Positions 7,797 through 17,594 of a stretch of DNA of 64,000 nucleotides are shown piece by piece. Below the pieces are notes generated by a model. The model did not search any database, was not told the DNA's origin, and saw only the letters and a program-made list of their open reading frames with translations. Position 1 is the stretch's first letter. Each line of letters opens with the position of its first letter. The DNA is taken from the NCBI GenBank assembly GCA_039798785.1, contig JBDKFG010000015.1, positions 24,595-88,594 of the forward strand, given 5' to 3'. The translations under genes and the position numbers were made by a program. This DNA is from Verrucomicrobiota bacterium (GTDB lineage Bacteria > Verrucomicrobiota > Lentisphaeria > Lentisphaerales > Lentisphaeraceae).

Positions 7797-8501
7797 TCAG
7801 GGTTTCGTCGCTGCGGACTTGATCTCTTTGAGGACGATGTCCTTGAACTGGGCCTTCATCGCCGGTCCGGCGTGAAGCTGCAGGGCGAGGATGCCGGAGG
7901 CGGCGCGGTGCTTGGCGTCTTCGTCGATGCATTCCATGGTGCGGACGCCGTCGATCTCCTGGATCAGATGGCTGCCCTGGGCGACGACGCGGTAGGTGTA
8001 CCAGCGGCCTTTCTCGAGCTGGGCGACTTTGCTGGTGTCGAAGTGGGCGGTGACCTTGGCTTTCCCGGCGGCGTCGACTTCCTTGCGGTCGCCGCGATTG
8101 ACGAAGATGCCGCGTCCACCCTGTTCGTAGAGGATGCCGGTGTACTGCTTGCCCATCTCCATGTCGGCCTGGTAGCCGGTGACGTCGAAGGTCTTGGCGT
8201 CGGCGAGCTTGCTGCGGAACTGCAGGCCGGAGTTGCCCCAGTCGGAGAGGAAGCGGAACTTGAAGGTGATCTCGAAGTCGGCGACGACGCGGTCCTTGAG
8301 GACGAGGAAGGTGGTCTTCTTGCAAGGGTTGGCGCCGCCGGATTCGGCGGTGATGGCGCCGTCCTCGACCTTCCAGAAGCCGGGATTGCCTTCCCAGCCG
8401 CTGAGGTCCTTGCCGTTGAAGAGGGATTCACCTTGAGGCTCCGTGTCGGCGGCGAGGCAGGAGCAGGCGAGAAGAGCGAGACTGCAGAGGATGCGTTTCA
8501 T
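7797..8501 (-). CDS. DUF1080 / 3-keto-disaccharide hydrolase family protein, secreted
   Basis: SLFNGKDLSGWEG, WKVEDGAI, NSGLQFRS, GYQAD and GILALQLH..FKDI motifs; signal peptide. Confidence 0.9.
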   Translation of the reverse strand: MKRILCSLALLACSCLAADTEPQGESLFNGKDLSGWEGNPGFWKVEDGAITAESGGANPCKKTTFLVLKDRVVADFEITFKFRFLSDWGNSGLQFRSKLADAKTFDVTGYQADMEMGKQYTGILYEQGGRGIFVNRGDRKEVDAAGKAKVTAHFDTSKVAQLEKGRWYTYRVVAQGSHLIQEIDGVRTMECIDEDAKHRAASGILALQLHAGPAMKAQFKDIVLKEIKSAATKP

Positions 8502-8522
8502 GTGCGGGACTCCTTGTTTGGG

Positions 8523-8635
8523 GATTCAAGATTCAAGATTCAAGATTCAAGAACTCGCTCCGCTCCAGATCTTTGATATTGAATCTGGAATGTCGTTGTC
8601 TGCTCTCTTGAATTTTGAATATTGAATTTGGAATT
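8523..8635. repeat. Inverted heptamer tandem array (GATTCAA)4 ... (TTGAATW)n
   Basis: Four exact GATTCAA at 8523-8550 and complementary units at 8608-8635, within an intra-operon spacer. Confidence 0.85.
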
Positions 8636-11262
8636 TATTTTTTCGCCTTGGCGGCGACTTCGAGGAGGAAGTCGGCGATCGCCTGCAGATCCTCGTCGTT
8701 GAGGTTGAGCGCCTTGGCGGAGGGCATCAGCGACTTGGCGCTGGTTTCGCGCTTGACCACGTCGGCAGCCGGGAAGCTGTGTTCGACGCCGCCGAGGTCC
8801 TTGATGACGATGGGGTCGTGATCGGAAAGCAGGAAGCCCTGGAATTCCCGTCCGTCCTTAGTCTTGACCACGGTGGTCTCGTAGCCGAAGACAATGGCGG
8901 AGTCGGGGTCAGTGACGGCTTCTTTCAGCACCGCGGCGTTGAACTTGGCGCCGACAAAGGAGAGGTCGGGGGCGACTTCCCGTCCCTGGTCGCCCATGGT
9001 GTGGCAGACGAAGCAGGTGCCGCGGCCCATGTAGAGATCTCGCCCCTTTTCGGCCTGGGGCGACAGCTTGATCTCGGCGAGCTTGAAGGCGCCGCTGGCG
9101 AACTTTGTCTCCTTGACTTCACGCTTCAGGGCGGCGAAGCCCTCGTCGATGCCGAAACCTTTCCAGTAGCTGCCCTTGCGGTTCTTCAACCAGAAATGAG
9201 CCTGCTTGTAGATGTCGTCGGCGCCGTTCTGGGCGATGGCGAGAACAGCTTGAGCGGCCTCGCGGGTGTTGACGAAGGCGAGGGCGTCGAGAGCCTGGAC
9301 GCGGGCGCTGCGCCCCAAGGTGGCCGAGAGAGCCCGCTTCTGCAGATCGGCGACGGCGACGGCGGCATGCAGACGCCAGGCGATGCCGGCGAAGGCGTCG
9401 CTCCACTGCTCCGGTTCTTCCCGCTTGAGCGCCGCCTTGAGCCATGCGTAGGCCTGATCCTCCTTCTTTGCACAGGCCTTGCCGAAGGCCTCGAGGTAAT
9501 AGCGATCGGCGCCGTCGAAGCCCTTCGCCAGGTCGACGAGGACACCCTTGATCGCGTCGAAAGGCAGGTCGCGCAGGGCGAGAGCTGCTTCGCGGCGGCA
9601 GGAGGGATCGGCGTCCTTGGCGAGACGAGCGGCGTTCTCCAGCACCTGGACGCCGGCGCGGCGCAGTGCGCGGAAGGCGACGATGCGCATCTGCGGATCG
9701 GCATCGCCGAGCAGGGCTGCGACTTCCTTCTGTCCGGCATCGCCGAGGCGGCTGAGTATCCAGACGGCGCGGGCCCGGATATAGGGGTTTTCCTCCTGGA
9801 GCAAGGCCTTGACCGGGGCGAGCGCCTTGTCACCCTGGGCGATGAGGGCCTTGAAGCCGAGAACGCGGACGTTGGGCGAAGGGTTTTTGAGGACCTCAAT
9901 CATGCCGGGGATGCTACTCAGGTCGACAGCGGGCGCCTTGCCGCTGAAGCCCTTGGGGGCGATGCGGTAGATGTTGCCGAGGCCGCGGTAGTCGCAAGTC
10001 TGGTGGCCGCCGACACGCGGATCGTACCAGTCGCAGACATAGAGCGCGCCGTCGGGGCCAACGGTGATGTCGGAGGGGCGGAACCAGGTCTTGAGGGAGG
10101 TCGCGGTATTGGCCTTCATCCCTCCGCTGAAGTCGGAGCCGCCGATCTGCTTGCCGGTGTTGGAGCTGAGGAAGTCGTAGCGCTGCAGGGCGAAGCCGGC
10201 CTTGGCAGCCTTGGGCTGGTAGCCGAAGACGGTGTTGACCGCAGCCTCGCCGCTGAGTAGCGTGCCGTTGAACTTGGCGGGCAGGGCGCCGTTTTCGTAG
10301 AAGGCGGTGCCGGTGGGCGAGCCGGTTCCATAGATGTCGCCGGCGGGAGAGACGCCGGGATCCTCTTGGCGCCAGTGGGCGAGCGGCAGGGGCTGGCCGG
10401 GACGGCGCACGCTCTGCCAATGGTTGCGTCCGTCGCTGGTGAAGTAACCGAAGTCGGCGTGCTCCATCATCCACGAGGTGCGACAGCTCTGGGTGTCGTC
10501 GTTGTCGTTCATGAAGACCTCGCCGAAGGAAGTCACCGACTGCTCGTAGCTGTTGCGGAAGTTGTGCCCGATCGCCTGCAGCCCGCTGCCGTCCTCCTGA
10601 ACCCGGAAAGCCGTGCCTTGCGAGTAGATGTGGCCGTCACACGAAGGCTCACCGCGGTTGGTGAACTCCCGCCCGTCAGTGCCTTTCACCGTGAAGCGGG
10701 TGTTGCCGGTGTTGAAATAGAGCTCGCCGTCGGGACCGGCGGTGACCGAATGCAGGGTGTGGTCGTGGTTCTCGCCGGAGAAGCCGCTGAGGAAGATCAC
10801 CTTTTTGTCGACGGCGGGATCGAAGACGCCGTTGCCGTCGACATCGGTGAACTTGATCATGTTGGGTGACATCGAGACGAAGATCTCATTGCCAATGACG
10901 GCGATGCCGAGGGGGGCATTGAGCTCCTTGCCCTGGTAGAAGGTGTGCGACTTGTCGGCGGCGCCGTCACCGTCCGTGTCTTCGAGAATGACGACGCGGT
11001 CGCCGTCGGGGGCCATGTTCATGCCGCGGTAGTTGCGGCCTTCGGTGACCCAGACGCGGCCCTTGGAGTCGATGTCCATGTTGGTGGGGTTGCCGAGCAT
11101 CGGCGACTTGGCCCAGAGCTTGATCTCCAGTCCCTCGGGCAGGGCGAACATCTCGGCCGGCAGGAACTTGGGGAAGTCCTCGGGGACGTCCATCGGCCGG
11201 TTGCCGGCGGGGGAGCTCAAGGCAAGTGCCAGGGTGAGGCTGGCGAGCAGGCTTTTCTTCAT
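8635..11262 (-). CDS. PVC-type membrane-bound dehydrogenase domain protein with HEAT repeats and C-terminal heme c (CxxCH)
   Basis: LPEGLEIKLWA, DRVVILEDTDGDGAADK, HNFRNSYE, FRPSDITVGPDGALYVCDWYD, HEAT-like repeats, CFVCH and SLMP. Confidence 0.9.
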   Translation of the reverse strand: MKKSLLASLTLALALSSPAGNRPMDVPEDFPKFLPAEMFALPEGLEIKLWAKSPMLGNPTNMDIDSKGRVWVTEGRNYRGMNMAPDGDRVVILEDTDGDGAADKSHTFYQGKELNAPLGIAVIGNEIFVSMSPNMIKFTDVDGNGVFDPAVDKKVIFLSGFSGENHDHTLHSVTAGPDGELYFNTGNTRFTVKGTDGREFTNRGEPSCDGHIYSQGTAFRVQEDGSGLQAIGHNFRNSYEQSVTSFGEVFMNDNDDTQSCRTSWMMEHADFGYFTSDGRNHWQSVRRPGQPLPLAHWRQEDPGVSPAGDIYGTGSPTGTAFYENGALPAKFNGTLLSGEAAVNTVFGYQPKAAKAGFALQRYDFLSSNTGKQIGGSDFSGGMKANTATSLKTWFRPSDITVGPDGALYVCDWYDPRVGGHQTCDYRGLGNIYRIAPKGFSGKAPAVDLSSIPGMIEVLKNPSPNVRVLGFKALIAQGDKALAPVKALLQEENPYIRARAVWILSRLGDAGQKEVAALLGDADPQMRIVAFRALRRAGVQVLENAARLAKDADPSCRREAALALRDLPFDAIKGVLVDLAKGFDGADRYYLEAFGKACAKKEDQAYAWLKAALKREEPEQWSDAFAGIAWRLHAAVAVADLQKRALSATLGRSARVQALDALAFVNTREAAQAVLAIAQNGADDIYKQAHFWLKNRKGSYWKGFGIDEGFAALKREVKETKFASGAFKLAEIKLSPQAEKGRDLYMGRGTCFVCHTMGDQGREVAPDLSFVGAKFNAAVLKEAVTDPDSAIVFGYETTVVKTKDGREFQGFLLSDHDPIVIKDLGGVEHSFPAADVVKRETSAKSLMPSAKALNLNDEDLQAIADFLLEVAAKAKK

Positions 11263-11284
11263 CTTTTATCTCCTTGTTTTTCGG

Positions 11285-12157
11285 TCAGACGGAATGCAGC
11301 TGCGGCGCGGCGGCCTCAGCCCAGAGATTGCGCACGAAGGGACCTCCCTCGAGATAGACCTCCTCGGGGGCCGGGAAGAAGTCGCGCCAGACGCGGGTGG
11401 CGGCGGCGAGATCCGGCAAGGCGCGGCCGAAGGCCTCGATGGTCAGCCACTGGTCGTAGCCGCCTTCGCGCAGAGCCTGGAACTGCGGCAGGAAGTCGAT
11501 CTGGCCCTTGCCGGGTGTGCCGCGGTCGTTCTCGGAGACGTGGAAGTGGCGGATGGCGCCGATGTGACGGCGGATCGCGGTGGCGGGATCCTTCTCCTCG
11601 ATATTGGCGTGGAAGCTGTCGAACATCGACGAGAAATTGGGGTGATCGACCAGCTTCACGTAGTCGGCGGCCTCGGCCATGGTGGTGCAGAAGTAGCTTT
11701 CGAAGCGGTTGAGCCACTCCATAGCCAGGCCGAGATGCTGCTGCTGCGCGTGTTCCGCCAAAGCGCGATGGACTTCGGCGCAATGAGCTTTTTCGGTGGC
11801 AGTCGCCCCCACACCCGTGAAGACGCCCAAGGGGGAATGGTAGGGTCCGATGAGCAGCTCAGCGCCCATCGCCGCGGCGCAGTCGGCGGTGTGGCGCAAG
11901 TAGTCGAGGGCGGCGCGGCGGCGCGCGGCCTCGGGACTGACCGGGCTGCGGGCTTCGTCGGGGATGATGGTGACCGCAGTGCAGGCTAGACCCTCATTGC
12001 GCAGGAAGACGCCAAGCTGGCGGTAATGAGCGACATCGCCGCTCAAGATCGGCACTTCGACGCCGTCGAAGCCGGCCTTCTTGATCTTGATGATCTGCTG
12101 ATAGTGCTCTTCGGTGACATGGCCGGTCCAGATGAGGAGGTTGAAGCCGAGTTTCAT
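11285..12157 (-). CDS. Sugar phosphate isomerase/epimerase (D-tagatose/D-psicose 3-epimerase-like TIM barrel)
   Basis: GFDGVEVP, EWLNRFE, DSFHANIEE, HVSENDRGTPGKG and IEAF metal-ligand motifs. Confidence 0.88.
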   Translation of the reverse strand: MKLGFNLLIWTGHVTEEHYQQIIKIKKAGFDGVEVPILSGDVAHYRQLGVFLRNEGLACTAVTIIPDEARSPVSPEAARRRAALDYLRHTADCAAAMGAELLIGPYHSPLGVFTGVGATATEKAHCAEVHRALAEHAQQQHLGLAMEWLNRFESYFCTTMAEAADYVKLVDHPNFSSMFDSFHANIEEKDPATAIRRHIGAIRHFHVSENDRGTPGKGQIDFLPQFQALREGGYDQWLTIEAFGRALPDLAAATRVWRDFFPAPEEVYLEGGPFVRNLWAEAAAPQLHSV

Positions 12158-12168
12158 GGAGTTCCTTG

Positions 12169-12270
12169 AGGTTGAAAGGTTGGAAGGTTGAAAGGCGGAA
12201 GGCGGAAGGAGAAAGCGCGGCCACTGAGTTGTTCGGCTGTTCGGTTGCTAGCATTTCAACCTTTCAACCT
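12169..12270. repeat. Inverted octamer array (AGGTTGAA)n ... (TTCAACCT)n
   Basis: aggttgaaaggttggaaggttgaaaggcggaagg at 12169-12209 and tttcaacctttcaacct at 12254-12270. Confidence 0.8.
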
Positions 12271-12273
12271 CGT

Positions 12274-13200
12274 TCAGTGCTTCTGCCATTCATCGAGACG
12301 GAGTTCGATGGCGGCGACGTCGAACTGGGCGGGCTTGGCTTCGTCGTGATTGCGGTCGAGATCAGCGAAGCTGAGTTTGCGGCTGGGGACGCCGGCGGCG
12401 GGGACCTCCAGCTTGGCCAGCCAGACGGCGGCGTTGAGGATCAGGGTGCGCTGCTGCGGCTGGCCCCAGTTCCAGTGGACGTGCCCGCCAGTGAAGCCGA
12501 AGCCGCGGCCGCCCCCGGGACGCTCGAGCGCCCACATCAAAGTTTCCTCTTGTCCCTTGGCCGCCTGCACATGCTTGTAGGGGCCGGCCGGCCAGACGTA
12601 AGGTCCGTTGCGAACGGCGTCGGAGGGCGCGGCGCGGAGCAGCGGCTTGGCCTCCGGCGCGAAGCGCAGGTTCATGTACCACTCGTCGCGGGTGCTGAAG
12701 GGACTGACGCCGCGGGTGACGGGATGAACCGGGAAGCTCTTGAACTCCGGGCTCCACATCGGGTTGCAGGAATGCTGGATCTCGTAGAAGCCGCCGGTGA
12801 GGCGCAGGAACTGGTCGCTGGAGTTTCCCTTGGGGCATTCGACGCAGTAGTGCATCATGCCGACACCTAAGCCTTTTGCGGCGAGCGCATCGAGTTCCTT
12901 GAGGTGCGGCAGCAACAGATTGCCGGCGCCGCCATCGGCGTAGACGACGATCGCGTCGACCCCTTCGAGCGTCTTGGCGTCCTTGGGCCAGCCGGGATAG
13001 CTGACCTCGGCCTTCACCGGCAGGCCCGACTGGTTGAGCAAATCGGCAAACAAATGGCACCCGGCCTTGAAATCGTGGGCTCCGTAGCCGTGACTGGGCT
13101 TGCCGGCGATGAAGAGGATCTTCTTCGGGGTGGGAGCGGTTGTTTCCTCGGCCGCAAGAGCAAGAGAGAAGTTGAAAAACAGGATGGACAGCAGTTTCAT
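12274..13200 (-). CDS. ThuA-like (trehalose utilisation) domain protein, secreted
   Basis: KKILFIAGKPSHGYGAH, YADGG, HPVTRGV, DEWY and RGFGFTGGHVHWNW; signal peptide. Confidence 0.85.
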   Translation of the reverse strand: MKLLSILFFNFSLALAAEETTAPTPKKILFIAGKPSHGYGAHDFKAGCHLFADLLNQSGLPVKAEVSYPGWPKDAKTLEGVDAIVVYADGGAGNLLLPHLKELDALAAKGLGVGMMHYCVECPKGNSSDQFLRLTGGFYEIQHSCNPMWSPEFKSFPVHPVTRGVSPFSTRDEWYMNLRFAPEAKPLLRAAPSDAVRNGPYVWPAGPYKHVQAAKGQEETLMWALERPGGGRGFGFTGGHVHWNWGQPQQRTLILNAAVWLAKLEVPAAGVPSRKLSFADLDRNHDEAKPAQFDVAAIELRLDEWQKH

Positions 13201-13389
13201 CGGGACCTCCGGATTTGCTTCCTAAAACAAAGCGGCGGAGGCTCGGAATCGCTATGAAGAATTCCTCTATTTCTATAAGTAATTCGGATTTATTGATAGA
13301 AATCAAGATTGAAAATTGTAGGAATATTAGATATCGTCAGTGACCGAAGCGATCAAAATCCTTTAAATTGCCATCACTGGGAGGCTTGC

Positions 13390-14127
13390 ATGAACCAGGA
13401 CAGCTACGACCGGGAATTCTATCTCCGCCATACATGCTCCCTTCCTTCGTCTCTGCTGCTGAAGGAGCCGGACACCTTCTATTTCGCCAAAGATCGTCAA
13501 GGGATTTTTGTCTGTGCCAGCGCCCGTTTTCTCGATCATCTTGGGCGTCATGCGGGGGAAGTGATCGGCCGCAGCGATTATGAAGTTTTCAGGCGTGATC
13601 TCGCCGATCGTTATCGGGAGGATGACCTGCAAGTGATGAAGAGTGGCGAAACCTTTCAGGATAGATTGGAGATTGTGCCGGCCAAGGACCGCCTGCAGTG
13701 GTTCAGCACGGTGAAAGGTCCGCTGCGGAATCTCGATGGCCAGATCATCGGCATCGAGGGTTTGACTCGTGATGCACATCTGACCCACAGCAAACTGACT
13801 CGATACCATGAATTCAGCCGCTGCATGGAGCATATCCGCAACCGGATCGCGGAATCTCACTGCATCCCGCAGCTGGCGGCCATGTGCGGCATGTCTCTGA
13901 GCAGTTTCGAGCGCAAGTTCAAGAAGCATTTCGGTTGCACTCCCAAGGTCTACATTCGCAATCTCCGTCTCGAGCGAGCCTGCGAGCTCCTGCAAGCCGG
14001 GCGCAGCATCGGCGAGACGGCGGAGCTCTGCGGCTTTTGCGACCAAAGCTATTTCACCCTCGAGTTCCGTCGCAGCCTCGGGGTGTCGCCGCGGCTTTGG
14101 CGGGAGCGGAACCCGCCGCGCCAATGA
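13390..14127 (+). CDS. AraC-family transcriptional regulator with N-terminal PAS domain
   Basis: YFAKDRQG...GRSDYEVF...DDLQVM PAS-like region; FERKFKKHFG and CGFCDQSYFT AraC HTH. Divergent from the sugar operon across an AT-rich spacer. Confidence 0.9.
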   Translation: MNQDSYDREFYLRHTCSLPSSLLLKEPDTFYFAKDRQGIFVCASARFLDHLGRHAGEVIGRSDYEVFRRDLADRYREDDLQVMKSGETFQDRLEIVPAKDRLQWFSTVKGPLRNLDGQIIGIEGLTRDAHLTHSKLTRYHEFSRCMEHIRNRIAESHCIPQLAAMCGMSLSSFERKFKKHFGCTPKVYIRNLRLERACELLQAGRSIGETAELCGFCDQSYFTLEFRRSLGVSPRLWRERNPPRQ

Positions 14128-14217
14128 CCGCAGCCGTCCGCTTGCCCCGCCCCGGGCACAGGACTTGGAGAGATCGACTTGGGGCGCTAGCTTGTCGAAT
14201 ACCCGCGGAGCTTTCCC

Positions 14218-14583
14218 ATGTTCGAGTCAAATGGAACCGAAATCCTTCTCACCCCGCCGCCGGACTTCGGCCTGGCATATTGCGACGAGCTGCGTGCCTC
14301 CGCACCTCCTTCGTCACTGGCCCAGCTCGGCTCCTGGTCGCATCTCATCGTCGACCTCTCGGCTCTGGTGAGTCTCGATTCCGCCGCCGCCCTGCTGCTG
14401 CGCGATCTTCACGCCGAGACTTCCCGCCTCGGCCGCAATTTCATGGTGATCAACTGCCCTCACCGGCTGCTTCCTCGTCTGCAGCTCTTCCGTCTGCACA
14501 CCCATTTCCCCATTGGCATCGACAAGCGCCGATCTGAGCTTAGCGACGCCGCTCTCAGCCATATGAAGGGAATGGACGCTTGA
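14218..14583 (+). CDS. STAS domain protein (anti-anti-sigma-like)
   Basis: LIVDLSALVSLDSAAALLL matches the STAS D.S.V..lDS motif. Confidence 0.7.
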   Translation: MFESNGTEILLTPPPDFGLAYCDELRASAPPSSLAQLGSWSHLIVDLSALVSLDSAAALLLRDLHAETSRLGRNFMVINCPHRLLPRLQLFRLHTHFPIGIDKRRSELSDAALSHMKGMDA

Positions 14584-15170
14584 ACTGGCCGCTGCAAGAT
14601 TTTCTCGGCCCGATGGCCTTGGTGTTTGTAGCCGAGTTTGGCGACAAGTCACAGCTTGTGAGCATGAGCCTGGCCACCCGGCATCGTCCCTGGCCGGTTT
14701 TCTTCGGAGCCAGCTGTGCCTTCGCCTTGCTCAACGCCTTGGCTGTGGCCTTCGGCGAAGCCGCGACACGGGCGGTCCCGAAAGGATGGATCGCCCTGCT
14801 TTGCGCCCTGCTCTTCGCCTTTTTCGCCTGGAAGAGCTTCGCTGCAAGTGCAGAGGAGGAAGAGGAGGAGTCTCCGGCGGAAAAGCCCGGCCATTCGATC
14901 TTCGGCACGGCTTTCCTGATGATATTCCTCGCCGAATTCGGCGACCGCACCCAGATCGCCGCCGCCGCCTGCGCGCCGCAGCACAACTCTTGGCTGGTCT
15001 GGGGCGGCTGCACCCTCGGACTGGCCGCCAATACCGCCCTCGGCGTCTGGGCCGGCGCCCGCCTCCTCAAGCGCATCCCGATGAAGGTCGTCCATCGCAT
15101 CTCCGGCCTGCTCTTCGCGGTTTTCGCCCTTGTCGCCCTCTTGGCTGCATGGCGAGCCTTCCCAGGATGA
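14580..15170 (+). CDS. TMEM165/GDT1 (UPF0016) family Mn2+/Ca2+ transporter
   Basis: Duplicated motifs AEFGDKSQL and AEFGDRTQI separated by an acidic loop. Confidence 0.92.
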   Translation: MNWPLQDFLGPMALVFVAEFGDKSQLVSMSLATRHRPWPVFFGASCAFALLNALAVAFGEAATRAVPKGWIALLCALLFAFFAWKSFAASAEEEEEESPAEKPGHSIFGTAFLMIFLAEFGDRTQIAAAACAPQHNSWLVWGGCTLGLAANTALGVWAGARLLKRIPMKVVHRISGLLFAVFALVALLAAWRAFPG

Positions 15171-15248
15171 GGCGCGGTCCAGTCCCGGCGAACTTGCGCA
15201 AGCCGCACTCCGAGGCATACTCAGCGGACTGCAACTCGAGAGGGCCCC

Positions 15249-16817
15249 ATGCCGGTCGAACTCCACCCTGATCTCTGCTTCATCACCGCCGACGGCAAAC
15301 ACCTCCATCGGCCGGCACTGCGCCGTGCCGCCGCGGCCCTGCAACCGCATTTCACCGCCGAAGTCGCGATTGCCGCCGAAGACCCCTTTCTCCTGGCCGC
15401 CGCCATTCTCGCCTGTTTCCAAAATCGCCGGAGACTGCTGCTGCTACCGGATTTAAGCCCGGAAAGCCGCTCCGCCGCAGCCGGGACGCGGCTACTCGGC
15501 GATGCCGAAATCGCAGCGCTGCTCTCAGAAAATCCGGGGGAGGCTGAAGTGACGGATTTTCCAGAGGGCGAGCTGCTTCTTATGAGTTCGGGTTCCGGCG
15601 GAGGGCGGAAGCTCATCTGCAAGACCTGGTCGCAATTGACCCTGGAGGCAGAGATGCACGCCGTATTCCTTGCGGCGACCGTCCCTCCGGAGCTGATCAC
15701 CGCCGGCAGCGTCTCCCCGCGCCACCTCTACGGACTCCTCTTCCGCCTCGTCCTTCCCCTCATCAGCGGCCGTCCGGCGGAATCCTTCCATCGCCGCCTT
15801 CCCGATCAGATTCAGGACCTTCTCGCCGCCCGTCCGGCGCTTTTCATCTCTTCGCCAAGCGCCTTGGCAGCCTTGGCTCGGCACCCTGGATCTCGCGTCG
15901 CCGGCAGCCTCATCCTGTCCTCCGGCGGTCCCCTCTCAGCCAAGGACGCCGAGCTGCTCGGCTCTTCTTTGCTCGAGCTCTATGGCTCAAGTGAAACGGG
16001 CGGCATCGCCCGGCGCTGCTCCACTTCCCAGCCCTGGCAGCTACTCCCCGGAGTCACTTGCCGCGACGAAGACGGCTCGGCCTTCTCTGTGCGCTCTCCC
16101 TGGCTGCCGGATTGGCAGGAAAGCGGCGATCGGCGCGTCCCTCTCGACGAATCGCGTTTCCACCTTCTCGGACGCGCCGACCGATTGATCAAGATCGGCG
16201 AAAAACGATTCTCCCTTGACGATGCCGAAAAGGCATTGCTCTCCCTCCCCGAGCTCGCAGACGCCGCCGTGGCCGAGCTCGGGCCAGGAGGGGAATTGGG
16301 ACGCCCACTGATCGGAGCCCTGGTGGTCGAAGACCGGAGACGGAGCGTCCTCGACTTCCGACGCGAACTGCTCGCCGCCGGCTTGGACCCCCTGCTCATT
16401 CCCCGACGCTTCCTCACCCTCGATCTGCTGCCCCGCGATCCACAAGGGAAATTGCGTCGTGATCTCGTCCGTCAGCTTCTTCTGGCGCCTCGCGATGAAT
16501 TGCCGCCGACCGTCTCCCTGGGCGAGACGGCATTCCGACTGCGCGTTCCGTCATCCGCCGCCGTCCTGGATGGGCATTTCCCACTCGATCCCATCCTTCC
16601 AGGACTTGCCCAGATTCATTGGGCGTGGTCCCTTGCCTGCCGCGTTTTTCCGCTACCGGCAAAGGCTGATTCGCTGCAGCAGCTGAAGTTCAGCCGCATC
16701 GTCCGTCCGGGTGACGAGATCGAAGTGCGTTTCGACGTCGCTCCCGGCAGCCTTGGCTTCCGCTATTTCCTAGGAGAGGCAATAGCTTCCAGCGGGAGGT
16801 TCCAGTGGAAGATTTGA
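15249..16817 (+). CDS. AMP-binding (acyl-CoA synthetase-like) enzyme fused to a C-terminal FabZ-like hotdog dehydratase (ApeH-ApeI-like)
   Basis: SSGSGG..K, HLYG, LYGSSETGG and GRADRLIKIGEKR; C-terminal DGHFPLDPILPGLAQI and LKFSRIVRPG. Confidence 0.8.
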   Translation: MPVELHPDLCFITADGKHLHRPALRRAAAALQPHFTAEVAIAAEDPFLLAAAILACFQNRRRLLLLPDLSPESRSAAAGTRLLGDAEIAALLSENPGEAEVTDFPEGELLLMSSGSGGGRKLICKTWSQLTLEAEMHAVFLAATVPPELITAGSVSPRHLYGLLFRLVLPLISGRPAESFHRRLPDQIQDLLAARPALFISSPSALAALARHPGSRVAGSLILSSGGPLSAKDAELLGSSLLELYGSSETGGIARRCSTSQPWQLLPGVTCRDEDGSAFSVRSPWLPDWQESGDRRVPLDESRFHLLGRADRLIKIGEKRFSLDDAEKALLSLPELADAAVAELGPGGELGRPLIGALVVEDRRRSVLDFRRELLAAGLDPLLIPRRFLTLDLLPRDPQGKLRRDLVRQLLLAPRDELPPTVSLGETAFRLRVPSSAAVLDGHFPLDPILPGLAQIHWAWSLACRVFPLPAKADSLQQLKFSRIVRPGDEIEVRFDVAPGSLGFRYFLGEAIASSGRFQWKI

Positions 16818-17557
16818 AAGCCTGCCTACTGATCCCTCATTACGACCAGGCTCCTCTTCTGGGACGCACCCTGGACCGCCTCGGCCCTCTCGGTCTGCCG
16901 GCCATCCTGGTCGACGACGGCAGTTCGCCCGACCAGCGCCGGACGGTCGCGGAGATCGCAAAAGAATTCCCCTGGGTCACCCTGCTACAACGCCCCCGGA
17001 ACGGCGGCAAGGGCGCAGCGGTGAAGGACGGCCTTCTCGCCGCCTCGGATGCCGGCTACTCCCACGCACTTCAAGTCGATGCCGACGGCCAGCACGCTCT
17101 TGAACTCCTCCCCGGCCTGCTTGATTGCGCCCGCCGCAACCCCGACAAACTCGTCCTCGGGCGGCCGATCTACGGCCCCGAAGTGCCCCGCGCACGACTC
17201 TACGGACGTTGGATCACACATCTCTTCGTCTTTCTCGAAACCCTGTCCTTCGACATCCGCGATTCGATGTGCGGCTTCCGCGCCTATCCCCTCCCCGCCT
17301 GTCGCGAACTGATCCTGTCGGGCGAACGCCTCGGCAACCGGATGGATTTCGACACCGAGATCGCGGTGCGCCTCTACTGGCGCGGCCTGCGCGTGGTCGA
17401 ATTCCCGGTGCCAGTGAGCTACCCGCCCGACGGCATCTCACATTTCTCACTCTGCCGGGAAAACCGCCTGATCACCGCCATGCACACCCGCCTCTGCTTC
17501 GGCCTCATTCCCCGCCTGCCGAGATTGCTGATGAGGAAGTGGAGGAAGGGCGTGTAA
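16805..17557 (+). CDS. Glycosyltransferase family 2 (ApeJ N-domain-like)
   Basis: ILVDDGS, NGGKGAAV, QVDADGQH, DSMCGFRAYPL, RMDFDTEIAVRLYWRG and SHF. Confidence 0.9.
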   Translation: MEDLKACLLIPHYDQAPLLGRTLDRLGPLGLPAILVDDGSSPDQRRTVAEIAKEFPWVTLLQRPRNGGKGAAVKDGLLAASDAGYSHALQVDADGQHALELLPGLLDCARRNPDKLVLGRPIYGPEVPRARLYGRWITHLFVFLETLSFDIRDSMCGFRAYPLPACRELILSGERLGNRMDFDTEIAVRLYWRGLRVVEFPVPVSYPPDGISHFSLCRENRLITAMHTRLCFGLIPRLPRLLMRKWRKGV

Positions 17558-17594
17558 GCAAGTGTCCTGCGCGTGCGCGAGAACATCATCGCCG

